DNA of 64,000 nt from an uncultured Bacteriovoracaceae bacterium (GCA_964636255.1 CAZWNW010000003.1:225441-289440), one strand, 5' to 3'; shown: positions 27,713-37,939, counted from the first letter of the stretch. The notes: generated from the letters alone by a model not told the origin. Numbers and translations: made by a program.

Positions 27713-30138
27713 TGCAGAGTTTCCTCAAATTTCTCTTCTGTTGTCGCAGCTTCCAAAAGATAGGGGCGTCCACAAAAACCCTGTACGCGGCAATAACGGC
27801 ATTGCGCATCTTTAAAAGGTTTGGCGTCATAACTGCCGGACTTCAGCCCGTTCAGTGCCTTCTGAATTTTGGCATCAAGTGCCTCATTGAGGGTGTTCAA
27901 ATAGTCAGATGTGCAGATTTCGACTTTATGCCCGTAGCGATCGGCGATTTCATTGAGCGCACTGCCCAGGGAAGCTTCAGGTAGGATCAGGAGACGGGAC
28001 TTCTCAGGCGCCAGAGGATTGAGGTAGCCCCCGCCAATGATTCTTCGGCCCTGGAATTCAGGCAGATCTTCAATCAGTTGACGATAGAGGAGCCACTGCA
28101 AATGATTGTGCTCAAGTAGCCTTTCAAATCGACCTTCCATGCGTCCAGTCTTGTAATCCCACAATAGGATTTCGCCACTGGGCAGGAGGTCGATGCGATC
28201 AACTTTTCCTCGAAATTTTTGACCTTTATAAGCACCTTCAACCCAAACTTCAGTGCGGACTTCGCGTGTTGCTGCAATTTGATAAAGTTCTTTTTCAAAT
28301 CCCTCAAGGTGCCTGGCAAGTTTTTCAGAGAGGGGCCCCGCTTGTTTTAAAAGTAGTTGTTTGTAAGCAGGGCTAACTCCATTCTTGAAAACGTGATCGA
28401 GTTTTTCAGCGAGTTCCTGATAGAGATTCGCGCGTGTATCGTGAAAAATTTTCCTAGGCAGAAAACTTTCTAAAACTCGATGGATCCAATCGCCGCGTAG
28501 ATTTTCCGGCATTCGTTCCGGATCGACAACGGTTGCTTCTTGCAGGCGCAAGACTCTTTCAAGATAAAAACGTAATCCGCAGTTGAGATAACTCTCCAAA
28601 GCTGTGGGTGAAGGGCATTCTTTTTCATAAGGAAGAAGTTGAATGGCCTCTTGGGTGTCGATCTGAGGTTTTTCAAGGGGAATCCTGATGAAAAACACAT
28701 CATTTTGAAAGGCTTGAATGAGTGTTGCGAGTTTCCGCATCTCGCGTGCCGGTTTCGGTAAGGAGATGCCCTCGGCCTCGAAACAGTCTTCAAGTTGGGG
28801 AGGTAGGAGATTTAGACGGCTGGATTGAGCGTGAAAGGGATCACAAAGAGCGCGGAGCGATTCTGGCTTCGCCCAAAGAGCTATATTTTCATTGGGCAAA
28901 AACGCAAAGTCGTGAATGCTCAGTACTGGTATCCCATTGGCGTGAAATCGTTGATGCGGCGGTGTTTCACGCGCCTCTCTCAGAAGTCCAAGTTCTAGAA
29001 AAATCCGGCACCAATCCTCGAGACTTTGGAAGTCCTTGGGGCCGTCAGGAAGGGGGGCGGGCCGTGCTTCAGAACGCTCCCAAAGTTTTTCAAGAGCCTG
29101 CCAACAATCAGCGACAGAAAAGTCTGCCGTCAATCGCAATCGAGAACTCTTCTTTGAAAAGAGCCAAGGATGTTTCGAGGGGCAAGCCAATCGGCGATAC
29201 TGGGCAAATAAATAGAGTTCTCGAATTTCTGGCGAATGACTTCTAAGTTCATCGTAGGGAAGATCAAGTGCTTGATCGCCCGGGATCCACTCAGCGATTT
29301 CCGCGGCCGTTGGGAGGGATTCCGGATAGGCCCAAAAAATGGCAAGTCCTGTCTTATCTTTTAAATCACTCTGTGGAATATTTGTGAAGTCCACACTTTC
29401 GCTTTCAGCAATTGGAATCCTCAGGAGTTGGGGAAAGTTTTGGCCGATTTTCTCGGACCACAATCGCAAAAAACTTTCCTCAAGGGCATAAGGATCACGA
29501 TTCTCGATGACAATAATTCGGAGCGGACTTTCCGATCGGGGGTCACGTTCTAAAATCTGTGTCCAGTCTTCAGGGCCGAGACTTGAAAGAGCATTGCGGA
29601 CACTCAAGACGGCTTCAACTGCCTGCCACTCTGAGAGCCAGAATTTATGTTGAGCGGCTTCGGCTCTGAGTCGCAAATAGGCGATGATTTGCTCGGTGGC
29701 ATCCTTCAGTTCTGGGTTTTTACCTAGCTCATAACTGCGCAATACATCAGGCCAACGCTCTAGGGAGATGCTGGAGGGGAAGAGATACTTAAAATTCTGC
29801 TGAAAGGAAAAGAGGCGCCATGGCCGTGTTGTCGGATACAGCTTAGCTAATTCACGCATGATATCCAGAGGACTTAGGATCGGAAAACGCAGACGAGTAA
29901 GATTTTTTCGTTCAAGTTGAAGGAGAATGCGCATTGCGAGCTGCGGAATACGATAGACGCCCGGATTGGGCCAGCCAGTCATCTGAACACGAGCGTCTTT
30001 AAGTTTGCGATCTCCGCCCGGGCTTAAACTGCGGTCCAGAGTTAGGAGACAGTTCTCGGCTTCGAAAACATCGATAGCGGGGTGCTCGGTCTGGGCCAGT
30101 ATCTTGTTGATGAAGTGGTTTAACGTCTTAGCATTCAA
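27709..30138 (-). CDS. addB: AddB-like helicase-nuclease subunit B (inactive helicase fold plus a PD-(D/E)XK nuclease with a Cys cluster). The TTG start is uncertain.
   Basis: The nuclease motif is VDRIDLLPSGEILLWDYKTG. The C-terminal Fe-S-type cysteines are CRYCRVQGFCG. It lies upstream of and overlapping addA, matching the addB-addA order. At 809 aa it is shorter than the usual AddB. Confidence 0.65.
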   Translation of the reverse strand: MNAKTLNHFINKILAQTEHPAIDVFEAENCLLTLDRSLSPGGDRKLKDARVQMTGWPNPGVYRIPQLAMRILLQLERKNLTRLRFPILSPLDIMRELAKLYPTTRPWRLFSFQQNFKYLFPSSISLERWPDVLRSYELGKNPELKDATEQIIAYLRLRAEAAQHKFWLSEWQAVEAVLSVRNALSSLGPEDWTQILERDPRSESPLRIIVIENRDPYALEESFLRLWSEKIGQNFPQLLRIPIAESESVDFTNIPQSDLKDKTGLAIFWAYPESLPTAAEIAEWIPGDQALDLPYDELRSHSPEIRELYLFAQYRRLACPSKHPWLFSKKSSRLRLTADFSVADCWQALEKLWERSEARPAPLPDGPKDFQSLEDWCRIFLELGLLREARETPPHQRFHANGIPVLSIHDFAFLPNENIALWAKPESLRALCDPFHAQSSRLNLLPPQLEDCFEAEGISLPKPAREMRKLATLIQAFQNDVFFIRIPLEKPQIDTQEAIQLLPYEKECPSPTALESYLNCGLRFYLERVLRLQEATVVDPERMPENLRGDWIHRVLESFLPRKIFHDTRANLYQELAEKLDHVFKNGVSPAYKQLLLKQAGPLSEKLARHLEGFEKELYQIAATREVRTEVWVEGAYKGQKFRGKVDRIDLLPSGEILLWDYKTGRMEGRFERLLEHNHLQWLLYRQLIEDLPEFQGRRIIGGGYLNPLAPEKSRLLILPEASLGSALNEIADRYGHKVEICTSDYLNTLNEALDAKIQKALNGLKSGSYDAKPFKDAQCRYCRVQGFCGRPYLLEAATTEEKFEETLQ

Positions 30139-30190
30139 ATCGCGTGTGAGTTTATACAGTGATTCAAGAATCTGTCACGGAGTCAGCTGA

Positions 30191-30610
30191 TTATTCAGTC
30201 GCTGGTGCGGTATCCGTTGCGACTTCCTCTGGGCGAGGCCAAATCGCAAGGCCCGTTGCGGCCGCAGGTTCAATCACCGAGCGCAGGGTCCACTGATTTC
30301 CTAGATCATAGGCATCCGCTGAGGGCACCATATGAATCGTATCCCAGGGGCAATATTTCGCGCAGGCCTTGCAGCCAATGCAGCGGTCCTGATCGACTTC
30401 TACCATTTTTTCCATATCCGGAAATTTGGGGCCGGGAACCAATTCAATGCAGTCGACAGGGCAAAACTGAATACAGGCTTCGCATCCTGTGCAACCCGAT
30501 TGATCGATCACGGCGATCACCTTGGGAGTTTTGATTTTGCGCACCGGTTTTTCTTTCAGCTGGACACGTACTTCTTCGGCCCGCTTTTCGGAAATGTCGC
30601 TGTAATCCAT
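30191..30610 (-). CDS. 2[4Fe-4S] ferredoxin
   Basis: Two CxxCxxCxxxCP motifs: CTGCEACIQFCPVDCIE and CIGCKACAKYCPWDTIH. ATG at 30610 gives MDYSDIS. The ORF track starts at TTG 30628. Confidence 0.8.
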   Translation of the reverse strand: MDYSDISEKRAEEVRVQLKEKPVRKIKTPKVIAVIDQSGCTGCEACIQFCPVDCIELVPGPKFPDMEKMVEVDQDRCIGCKACAKYCPWDTIHMVPSADAYDLGNQWTLRSVIEPAAATGLAIWPRPEEVATDTAPATE

Positions 30611-30823
30611 TTCCTCATTATAAAGCAAATATTTCCAAGAATTGCCAGAACTCTACGGCAAGCTTTTTGGCGAGCCAAATCGAAGAATTTCAGTGCGTTA
30701 TTGGGTTGGCGATGGGCTAGGGGGAGCTGGGACGGGATGCGCGATAGGCAGCCGGGATCTTTACTAGAAATTTACCAAGATGCTGTTTAATATTCTCCAG
30801 AGAATTTGCCGAAAGGTTAAAAG

Positions 30824-31747
30824 ATGAAATCTACTTTTTTTAGAGTCACTTCGTATTTTGCCCTATTCAGCATTTTATCAGCCTGTTCTACCGGCCGCGT
30901 CGAGAAGCGCAGTGCTCAGGCTGCCGTCCGATTTCCGGCCGCCGATGATTTTCGACAGCACACATACGTGCATCCTGCGATCAGCGGATCTCTCGTGATC
31001 CCAAGTGCTATGAAACTTTCCGATCTTTCAATGCAGCTGATGTTAACCTGCAAGCCAGAACCCGAACACGCAGTGGCAAACGAAGAGTCGGACTGTGGCA
31101 AATATACGGTTAAGGTTACACTGGAAGAGAAGGCCAAAGGCGAGCTTGTCTTTCATATTCCTGAATTCAAATACAAAGGGATGAAGCTAATGGACTCCGA
31201 GCTGGGCGATGCCTTCTCGGGACCTATTTTGGGAGCTTATTTTAGTTGGACATTGCATACGACTTACAAAGGACAACGGCTCTTGAGCGATGTTCACGCA
31301 TGGTGGTGGGAAAAACGACCGCTCCAGGAAAAAGATCATCTGCAAAGGTATGTCGAAAAGCTCACGATTTTCAAATCAGTTGCAGCTACTTTTGACTTTA
31401 AAAAATCTCCGAAGCCCGTCAGCAAGAGCAACAAGGATTGGCGGGGCGTGCTTTTTGGCTACCATCTGCCGGATGATAATAAAGCGATGAGCTGGAATTA
31501 TGCTCGGGATGACATGAGATTCCCTTTGAAAATAGGGGGGCATGTACTGGCCCAAGGATCATTCAAAAGCTCTGAACCTCGCCAGTATCTCATCGCTTGT
31601 CCCATGTTTTCCAAGCAGATCGCGATTGATAAAGACTACCCTGATGTGCAGGTGGCCGGGCGGGGCGCTGATTTCTGTTACTATTCGTCGGGCGGAACGG
31701 TTATGGGCCCAGTGAATTCTGAAGATCTCGAAACTTTTCTGAAATAG
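30824..31747 (+). CDS. hypothetical lipoprotein
   Basis: The N-terminus is MKSTFFRVTSYFALFSILSACS, giving lipobox ILSAC. Length is 307 aa. Confidence 0.55.
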   Translation: MKSTFFRVTSYFALFSILSACSTGRVEKRSAQAAVRFPAADDFRQHTYVHPAISGSLVIPSAMKLSDLSMQLMLTCKPEPEHAVANEESDCGKYTVKVTLEEKAKGELVFHIPEFKYKGMKLMDSELGDAFSGPILGAYFSWTLHTTYKGQRLLSDVHAWWWEKRPLQEKDHLQRYVEKLTIFKSVAATFDFKKSPKPVSKSNKDWRGVLFGYHLPDDNKAMSWNYARDDMRFPLKIGGHVLAQGSFKSSEPRQYLIACPMFSKQIAIDKDYPDVQVAGRGADFCYYSSGGTVMGPVNSEDLETFLK

Positions 31748-31761
31748 GCTACGATTCTTAA

Positions 31762-32745
31762 TCAGCGGAGTGCTGGCAATTTCAGAAGTCGCTCACCGAG
31801 CTCCTGGCTTAGTTTCAGCGATACAGGCAGCGTGATGCGAAGTGCTGCGTCCTCACTTTTTGTGAGAAGAACAGGTGCTCGAATCCCCACCTTCTCCAAA
31901 TCATCTGCAAGCCGCAGGGCTTTCGTGTGTGGAAATACGAGGAAGAGTGAATGTCCAGCGCGCGGCCAGTGGGGGCATCGGATTTTGTCGGCGTCGATGG
32001 CGTGCCGAAGTTTTTCCAAAAGTGTGCGTCCGCTGCGGGAAATTGCAGATCGTAAGCGCAGGTGCTGGGCGCCTCGGTGAAATTCTCGGAGCCAAAGTGA
32101 CAGTAGAAGCGGCCAGCTTTCGCTTTCCGGAAAGTTCATGGAAGACTTTAAATTTTCCGGACCTCGCAATATCAGGGTGAGGGGTTTTTGATCCCGAGTC
32201 CAAGCTTGCATAGAGAAGAAAATGCTCACGCGGGATTCGTCAACATAACGAAGCAGCCCTATTTCATCACGAGCATCCCAGAAGAGACTCGAAAGACTTT
32301 CATCGATGACCACGCGCAGTTCAGCATTTTGCATGAAATGCTTTGAGGTGCGGGCCAAAAGTTCAGGAGTGAAAAACGAAGCGTCTGTTGGATGCGGTGA
32401 AAAAAGTATCAACAGTGAAATTTCTTTAGGATCGCGCAATAAATACTCTTCGGGGTCGATTCCAAGGTTGATGATTTCAAAGCCTTCTTCGCGAAGTCCT
32501 TCCATTTCGGGCACGATAGGTCCCATATAACCGATACTTTTCCGGGAGCTATTTTCCAAATGCGCATCGATTACGGCTCGCCAAGCAAGGTCCGGATGCG
32601 GCCAAAGGCTAAAGGTATCCGCTCTTGTGGCTCCGAAAAGTTGCGGAAGATGTGGTGGGGGGCTTTCAATTCGGTCATTAAGATGCAGGAATTCCACATA
32701 GGAGGCAGAGGGTTGCGAGCAATCCAATACGTCCTCTTGATCCAT
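31762..32745 (-). CDS. hypothetical protein
   Basis: 327 aa ORF with protein-like composition. No motif recognised. Confidence 0.45.
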   Translation of the reverse strand: MDQEDVLDCSQPSASYVEFLHLNDRIESPPPHLPQLFGATRADTFSLWPHPDLAWRAVIDAHLENSSRKSIGYMGPIVPEMEGLREEGFEIINLGIDPEEYLLRDPKEISLLILFSPHPTDASFFTPELLARTSKHFMQNAELRVVIDESLSSLFWDARDEIGLLRYVDESRVSIFFSMQAWTRDQKPLTLILRGPENLKSSMNFPESESWPLLLSLWLREFHRGAQHLRLRSAISRSGRTLLEKLRHAIDADKIRCPHWPRAGHSLFLVFPHTKALRLADDLEKVGIRAPVLLTKSEDAALRITLPVSLKLSQELGERLLKLPALR

Positions 32746-32804
32746 TCTTCATATTATAGTCCTCAGGTTTCATGACGCAGCGCCGATAGGACCTTAAGGG
32801 CATA

Positions 32805-33281
32805 ATGCGTAGCGTTAAAAAGGCTTTCTTCATCTCACTTATCGGCCTAGTGACGATCATGGGCCGACCTGCATATTCAGAAGACGCACCCTGCGCCAGG
32901 GAGATTCGTCTTCGTGAACTAAGGCCCCTACAATTTATGGTCGATGCGGATTCTCTGCGGGTTCAACGCAGTCAGTTTAACGAGACTGATCTCAATGGCT
33001 GGGTGGAAGCCGAGTGGTTTGGAAAAAAGTTGCGCTTCAATCATCTCGCGCCGGGCGTGGGACTCCCTTTTGATCTTGTATTTCTCCGTTTGGAAGTCAT
33101 CAATGACCATGGAGAAACGCTCGAGGAATTTTCTACGAATTTTCCTTCAGACAGTGAATGTTTTCTGATCAGCATTTTCCCTGGCGGCTCGACAAAATTT
33201 TTCGACCTTTCATCGAAGCTGGAAAACCTATCGGGCCGACTGCGCCTTCGAGTGCGGGTCTTCGTTCCGGATCATTCGTAG
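32805..33281 (+). CDS. secreted hypothetical protein
   Basis: The signal peptide is MRSVKKAFFISLIGLVTIMGRPAYS. Length is 158 aa. Confidence 0.5.
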   Translation: MRSVKKAFFISLIGLVTIMGRPAYSEDAPCAREIRLRELRPLQFMVDADSLRVQRSQFNETDLNGWVEAEWFGKKLRFNHLAPGVGLPFDLVFLRLEVINDHGETLEEFSTNFPSDSECFLISIFPGGSTKFFDLSSKLENLSGRLRLRVRVFVPDHS

Positions 33282-33285
33282 CTAT

Positions 33286-33831
33286 CTACTGAGGGTTCGT
33301 TGGCACTAGGAAAACTCGTAGTTCACTACTAGTTCCCGTCTTCCTGAACTCTCGTAAATAGCATTCGATTTTAGTCTTCACCGTGCTTAAAAATTGATTT
33401 ATCTTGCAGAGCCTTCCAATGTTGAGGCTAGCAAAGGGCTCGACGTGCATGCTGGCAATTTCCATGCATTTCAAAGAAGAGTTCGAATTTATGCCATTTT
33501 CGAATGAAGCCGAAACGCTATTGGTCCACCGGCAAGTTTTCTCGACCCATTCAGTAGGCGAGAGTTTTTCATCAATGAAAGTGAGTCCGCGTTCATAACA
33601 AATAGCCGCGTCTTTGCCGACTCCAATATTCGAACAAAGTTGATTGAGTACGCCGATCTTGTCTTTGAGCTGAGGACAAGTCGAGGGAGCGATTGCCTCT
33701 TTGAGAATTCCGCGCGGGGCACTTGGCAGAGTCCCTCGGGCTCCTGGAAATGAATGTTGATTTTGGGCAATCGCTTCCAAGGCTAAAGCAAGGGTCATCA
33801 AAATTGAGATTTTTAAAAGGGCCGAAAACAC
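33286..33831 (-). CDS. secreted hypothetical protein
   Basis: The signal peptide is MFSALLKISILMTLALALEAIAQ. Length is 181 aa, with several Cys. Confidence 0.5.
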   Translation of the reverse strand: MFSALLKISILMTLALALEAIAQNQHSFPGARGTLPSAPRGILKEAIAPSTCPQLKDKIGVLNQLCSNIGVGKDAAICYERGLTFIDEKLSPTEWVEKTCRWTNSVSASFENGINSNSSLKCMEIASMHVEPFASLNIGRLCKINQFLSTVKTKIECYLREFRKTGTSSELRVFLVPTNPQ

Positions 33832-33897
33832 TGCTTTCAGTCTAAAGGGCTTCGATTTATTCTTTGAGTCGATTATTTGTCGTTTCGTAGGTGAATT

Positions 33898-34893
33898 TTA
33901 TCGTTCATGCGGCGCGCGGCGAACGGAAAGTCTTACGCCTTGATCTTCGGCGGTGACGACCACAAAACTCCAATCAATGCTGAGTTCCGATTGCCCGTCC
34001 ATGAGTGCCTTGGGCGGATTGGGGAAGGGGGCGGCTGCGCGGAATGCCTCCAGCGCGGCGCGGTCCAGTTCGTGATATCCCGAAGTGCCTGTCAAATCCG
34101 TGCGCAGGATCGAGCCATCCCGTTGAATGCGGACGCGAAGTTTAGTGATGCGGTCACCGCTGATTTGTTTCACGCCTTGCTGCATGAGACTTTGAAATTC
34201 ATTTTTCAGACGACTTTCCCATTGGAAGGAAAGTTTCTGGCGGATGCGTTCGTAAAAACTGAAATACTTAAACTCTTGGGTGTTCAAAAGGGTGTTTGCT
34301 CCGATTGAGACATCTGGCAAATAGTCATTCGTAGCCGAATGTCCATCGCCTTGAGGTCCACTCGGACCCACAGAGGCGATGTCGCGGCCCCCTTTTTTAC
34401 CCCCAGTTGAGATCGAATCGAGGGGAACTGTGAAAAGGTTTTTCACCAAAGTCTCGGAGGCTCGTGCATTCTTTGCACTGGCTTTGTCTTGATTCGGCGC
34501 TGCTTCCTCGACCGAGGCAGGTCCGCGACTGGGAGCCTCTTGGATTCCTTCACGAAGTACATTTTTGAATTCGCCCACACGAGCGGCGCGCGTATTCTGA
34601 TCTACCACGCTTGTGCTTTTTGACTGAAAAACCTGCTGAGACAGAGGCGCGACTAAATTCTTATCCGACGGAAGACTTTCACTTTGAACGAGTTGCTGTG
34701 ATTTTCGCTTGGAATGAATTTTTTGCAGCTTCTGAAAGTCGGCTTCGCTTAGAGTGCGAGTTTCAAGCGAAGAAGCTTTCGAAAAATTTAAAGTTTCATG
34801 ATGGACCCATGGGAGATTGGCGAAGAAAAGTGCAAGCACCAGGACATGCAATCCCACCGACAATAGCGATGCCTTGAGCTCCCGCGAGACCAT
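33898..34893 (-). CDS. TonB-family energy transducer
   Basis: The N-terminal TM anchor is LLSVGLHVLVLALFFANLPW. A low-complexity linker follows. The C-terminal TonB_C-like block is LRTDLTGTSGYHELDRAALEAFRAAAPFPNPP. Confidence 0.65.
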   Translation of the reverse strand: MVSRELKASLLSVGLHVLVLALFFANLPWVHHETLNFSKASSLETRTLSEADFQKLQKIHSKRKSQQLVQSESLPSDKNLVAPLSQQVFQSKSTSVVDQNTRAARVGEFKNVLREGIQEAPSRGPASVEEAAPNQDKASAKNARASETLVKNLFTVPLDSISTGGKKGGRDIASVGPSGPQGDGHSATNDYLPDVSIGANTLLNTQEFKYFSFYERIRQKLSFQWESRLKNEFQSLMQQGVKQISGDRITKLRVRIQRDGSILRTDLTGTSGYHELDRAALEAFRAAAPFPNPPKALMDGQSELSIDWSFVVVTAEDQGVRLSVRRAPHER

Positions 34894-35030
34894 ATGGGCT
34901 ATTCGACAAAATTTCAGAATTTCTAAAAGTATTTAGAGGAAAGGAAGAAGGGTCAGAGAATCTTGCATGATGCGCAGTGTCGGCGGTGGGCCTCGATTGA
35001 TAAAAGGGCAATTCAAGGCGCCTAGGCGCC

Positions 35031-35996
35031 TTAAGTTAGCCCGATTTCACGCAGACGCTGGGCAAGATATTCTCCCGCAGTTGTTTCAGGATCTCGGGGC
35101 GGGCGGTCAGCTGCGACGCAAGACGGCAGCGCCTTGAGACTCATATCTGAAACGGGATGTACAAAAAACGGAATAGAGTAACGCCGCGATCCATCGTTCA
35201 TCATTAAATCTTTGGGCGGATTGGCCACGCGATGCGTGGTGCTTACGTATTTGTAGTTCGAAAGTCTTTGGAGCATGTCGCCCACGTTGACCACAATTTC
35301 ACTGGCTTCAGTCGTGATCGGAATCCAATTGCCGTCACGTCCCATTACCTGAAGGCCCGGATAACTGGCGCCAATTAAAAGTGTGATCAAATTAATGTCT
35401 TCGTGCGCTGCCGAACGGACTGCATCAGGATGTTCGTCGCCGCGAAGGGGCGGATAGTGAATTGGTCGCAAAATAGAATTTCCATAGCGAACATATTCGT
35501 CAAAGAATTTTTCCTCTTGGTCTAAGTTTACGGCAAAGGCGCGCAATAGATCCGTCGCTAGACCCAGCAGCGTATCGAAGAGTTCTCGCATCGTTTGATC
35601 AAAACCAGGGATGACCGGCACGGATATATTTCTCGGGTAAACGGAATAAAGAGGGTGGGTCTCGGGCACGTTAACGCCCACATGAAAGAATTCCTTTAGA
35701 TCACCAATCTGCGTGTGTTTTGCGTGTTCGCGGCCGAAGACGGTGTAACCACGTGCGCCACCCGAATTGGGCAATTCATATTTGAGTTTTTCTTCGACCG
35801 GCATTTTAAAAAACGCATCAATCTTGTCGTAGGCCCGCTTTTGAAGTTCAGGAAGAACTTCGTGACCCTTCACGACCAGAAATCCGATGTCTCTGGCACA
35901 TTCACCTACCGTTTTTATGAAAGCACTTTTATCGGCTGGGTTAGAGGAGCGATACTGTCGAATGTCCAAAGTCTTGATGCTCTGTTTGGCTGTCAT
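35031..35996 (-). CDS. 2-oxoglutarate/Fe(II)-dependent oxygenase (isopenicillin N synthase-like family)
   Basis: The Fe-binding region is AHEDINLITLLIGASYPGLQV ... YVSTTHRVANP. A downstream Arg-x-Ser region is typical of the family. Confidence 0.7.
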   Translation of the reverse strand: MTAKQSIKTLDIRQYRSSNPADKSAFIKTVGECARDIGFLVVKGHEVLPELQKRAYDKIDAFFKMPVEEKLKYELPNSGGARGYTVFGREHAKHTQIGDLKEFFHVGVNVPETHPLYSVYPRNISVPVIPGFDQTMRELFDTLLGLATDLLRAFAVNLDQEEKFFDEYVRYGNSILRPIHYPPLRGDEHPDAVRSAAHEDINLITLLIGASYPGLQVMGRDGNWIPITTEASEIVVNVGDMLQRLSNYKYVSTTHRVANPPKDLMMNDGSRRYSIPFFVHPVSDMSLKALPSCVAADRPPRDPETTAGEYLAQRLREIGLT

Positions 35997-36135
35997 AGGG
36001 AATTGGGCTTAGCACCAAAGTGAAAGCTTTTTCTAAGGAAATTTCCTTTAGGGAGCGGGCTAAACTGAAATTCTTGAATTGGAAGCTCTGCATGGCGCTC
36101 TGCAGCGTAAGCCGATAAATGCTAAATTCGGCCTT

Positions 36136-36447
36136 ATGGCGGCTCTTTCACCAAAAACGCTTTCACTTTCAAAGCTGGGTCTCCTTTTAATCTTGGCTGC
36201 CTGCCGGGGGCCAGTAAAGGGTGGGGCTCCCACGGAGGAAGCGGGGCGGGATGCACCCATTCCCGATGTGCTCCTAAACGAGGCACCACAGGCCCAAGAG
36301 AATATGCTGGGAACGGGTGCACTGGATTCGATGAACGAAGAAGCGATTCATTTTGAACCATTGCCGGAGGCGAGCGAAGGAAGTCCCTATCAACAAAGTT
36401 ATCAAGACGAAGAGGAGCCTCGCGATCCCTCTAAGAAAAAAAATTAG
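36136..36447 (+). CDS. small acidic lipoprotein, hypothetical
   Basis: MAALSPKTLSLSKLGLLLILAAC gives lipobox LAAC. The mature part is Glu/Asp-rich. The ORF track starts at 36079. Confidence 0.45.
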   Translation: MAALSPKTLSLSKLGLLLILAACRGPVKGGAPTEEAGRDAPIPDVLLNEAPQAQENMLGTGALDSMNEEAIHFEPLPEASEGSPYQQSYQDEEEPRDPSKKKN

Positions 36448-36836
36448 AATTCCGTGCATCGACGAATGAGATCAAGAATTTTTGATTTCCGCGACAAACG
36501 GTCCAAACAGAAGTGAAGACCGTCCCACTTGAGAATCGATTGGCAATTGGATGGGACCTCGCTGCGTCCCTTCAAGCCACCGGCAGGTCTGCGCAAATCC
36601 TTTAGCCACGGTAGCGAAACCGCGTGTTTGGGTATGGTGGTGTTGCCACAATAACGAGTTCCGTGCTCTTCGGTGATGAAAAATTCATTGAGTTCAGTGA
36701 ATCGTTGGCTTGCCACTCGGCGAAGCACACTCACATCGATCTGCCCTTTCTTAGTGGCGAATGCGCTGGTCGTAACCACAAAAAAACAAAGAAGACCCAG
36801 AATTGCTAAGCATGAAGAGTGAGACAGGTGCCTCAT
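36444..36836 (-). CDS. small secreted Cys-containing protein. Its start overlaps the stop of the upstream gene (ATGA).
   Basis: ATG at 36836 gives MRHLSHSSCLAILGLLCFFVVTTSAFA, a signal peptide. The track ORF is longer (to 36932) but overlaps the upstream CDS. Confidence 0.45.
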   Translation of the reverse strand: MRHLSHSSCLAILGLLCFFVVTTSAFATKKGQIDVSVLRRVASQRFTELNEFFITEEHGTRYCGNTTIPKHAVSLPWLKDLRRPAGGLKGRSEVPSNCQSILKWDGLHFCLDRLSRKSKILDLIRRCTEF

Positions 36837-37939
36837 AGCGTGCAGTCCTCGCCTTTTTCGACGCGTGTGCAGGCCAGGGTGTCGCGTAAATATTGATTGA
36901 AAAATGCTGCGGACGCAGGAGCATCGGCACAAAAACTTTCCATTCCGGCCCAGGCGTTCTTTCTGCGATTCTCTAAATTTTTAGGATGATTCTTTTTGAG
37001 CCAATCGGCGTAGAAACGGCCGCCGACTGCGAGAGTTAAGGCGGATGAATTCGTCGCTGCTTTTGGACCACAGACCTCTTCCTGAAATCCGCTTTCATGG
37101 TGAATCGCGCCGCTGCTGTTGATGACCTGGGCCAACTCGCGGGCCATCAATGCGCGTAAGTCTGAGTGTTCATTCATCGTACCTATACAAACCGTGAAGC
37201 TATTGGAATCCAAATCGTAAAACACTTGTCGCCCCAGGCTGCCGCATGCCGAAGCCTCATCGAGATTTGGCAACTGAAGGCGCAGAGACCTAATTTTTGC
37301 GATCCAAAGTTTTTTTGTTTCTGGCGATAAATTTTTAGACGCTTTGAGGCTTTCGGTAACACTGGCGCTCATTTCAGAGAACTGTTTTTCGGCGTCTCGG
37401 AAGATCGCTGTGTTTTTCCACATCGCGCCAATTATTTCGGAATTCAGATTCTTTACAATTTCGAGTCGATTTTCCTCTGATGCAGATTCTGTTAACTCAT
37501 TTTCGGCTTTGACACCTTCAGCAGAAGGCATTCGGGAGTCAACGGTAGCTTCAAAGGCCGCGTTCCAGGCCGCCGACAATCGAATCGTCATCACTTCTGC
37601 TTCGGCAATATTCTCGGTGCCAGCCTCACTCGTTTTTGCGAGAAACTCTGAGACTTGCGCGAAATAACCCTCGCTCTCGAGTTTCGCGCGGAGGTCTGCA
37701 GGCAATTTTTCCTTGCGAGCGAGACGTTGTTCAAGATGCATTTTTACACGCCGGCTGTATAGACCCTCTGCTCGTTGGTTATTGGCACAATGATCTTTCA
37801 ACATTGAAAGGCAACTCACGTTTGCACCAAGCTGAGCCGGTGTTTTTGCATCCGGCATATGACTCTTTTTTTGAGCCCCCGCAAATTCAGTGAGTGAAAG
37901 AGTTAAGAGAAAGACCAATACGGTATTGAAAGCGCGCAT
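36833..37939 (-). CDS. secreted hypothetical protein
   Basis: The signal peptide is MRAFNTVLVFLLTLSLTEFAGAQ. Length is 368 aa. Confidence 0.55.
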   Translation of the reverse strand: MRAFNTVLVFLLTLSLTEFAGAQKKSHMPDAKTPAQLGANVSCLSMLKDHCANNQRAEGLYSRRVKMHLEQRLARKEKLPADLRAKLESEGYFAQVSEFLAKTSEAGTENIAEAEVMTIRLSAAWNAAFEATVDSRMPSAEGVKAENELTESASEENRLEIVKNLNSEIIGAMWKNTAIFRDAEKQFSEMSASVTESLKASKNLSPETKKLWIAKIRSLRLQLPNLDEASACGSLGRQVFYDLDSNSFTVCIGTMNEHSDLRALMARELAQVINSSGAIHHESGFQEEVCGPKAATNSSALTLAVGGRFYADWLKKNHPKNLENRRKNAWAGMESFCADAPASAAFFNQYLRDTLACTRVEKGEDCTL

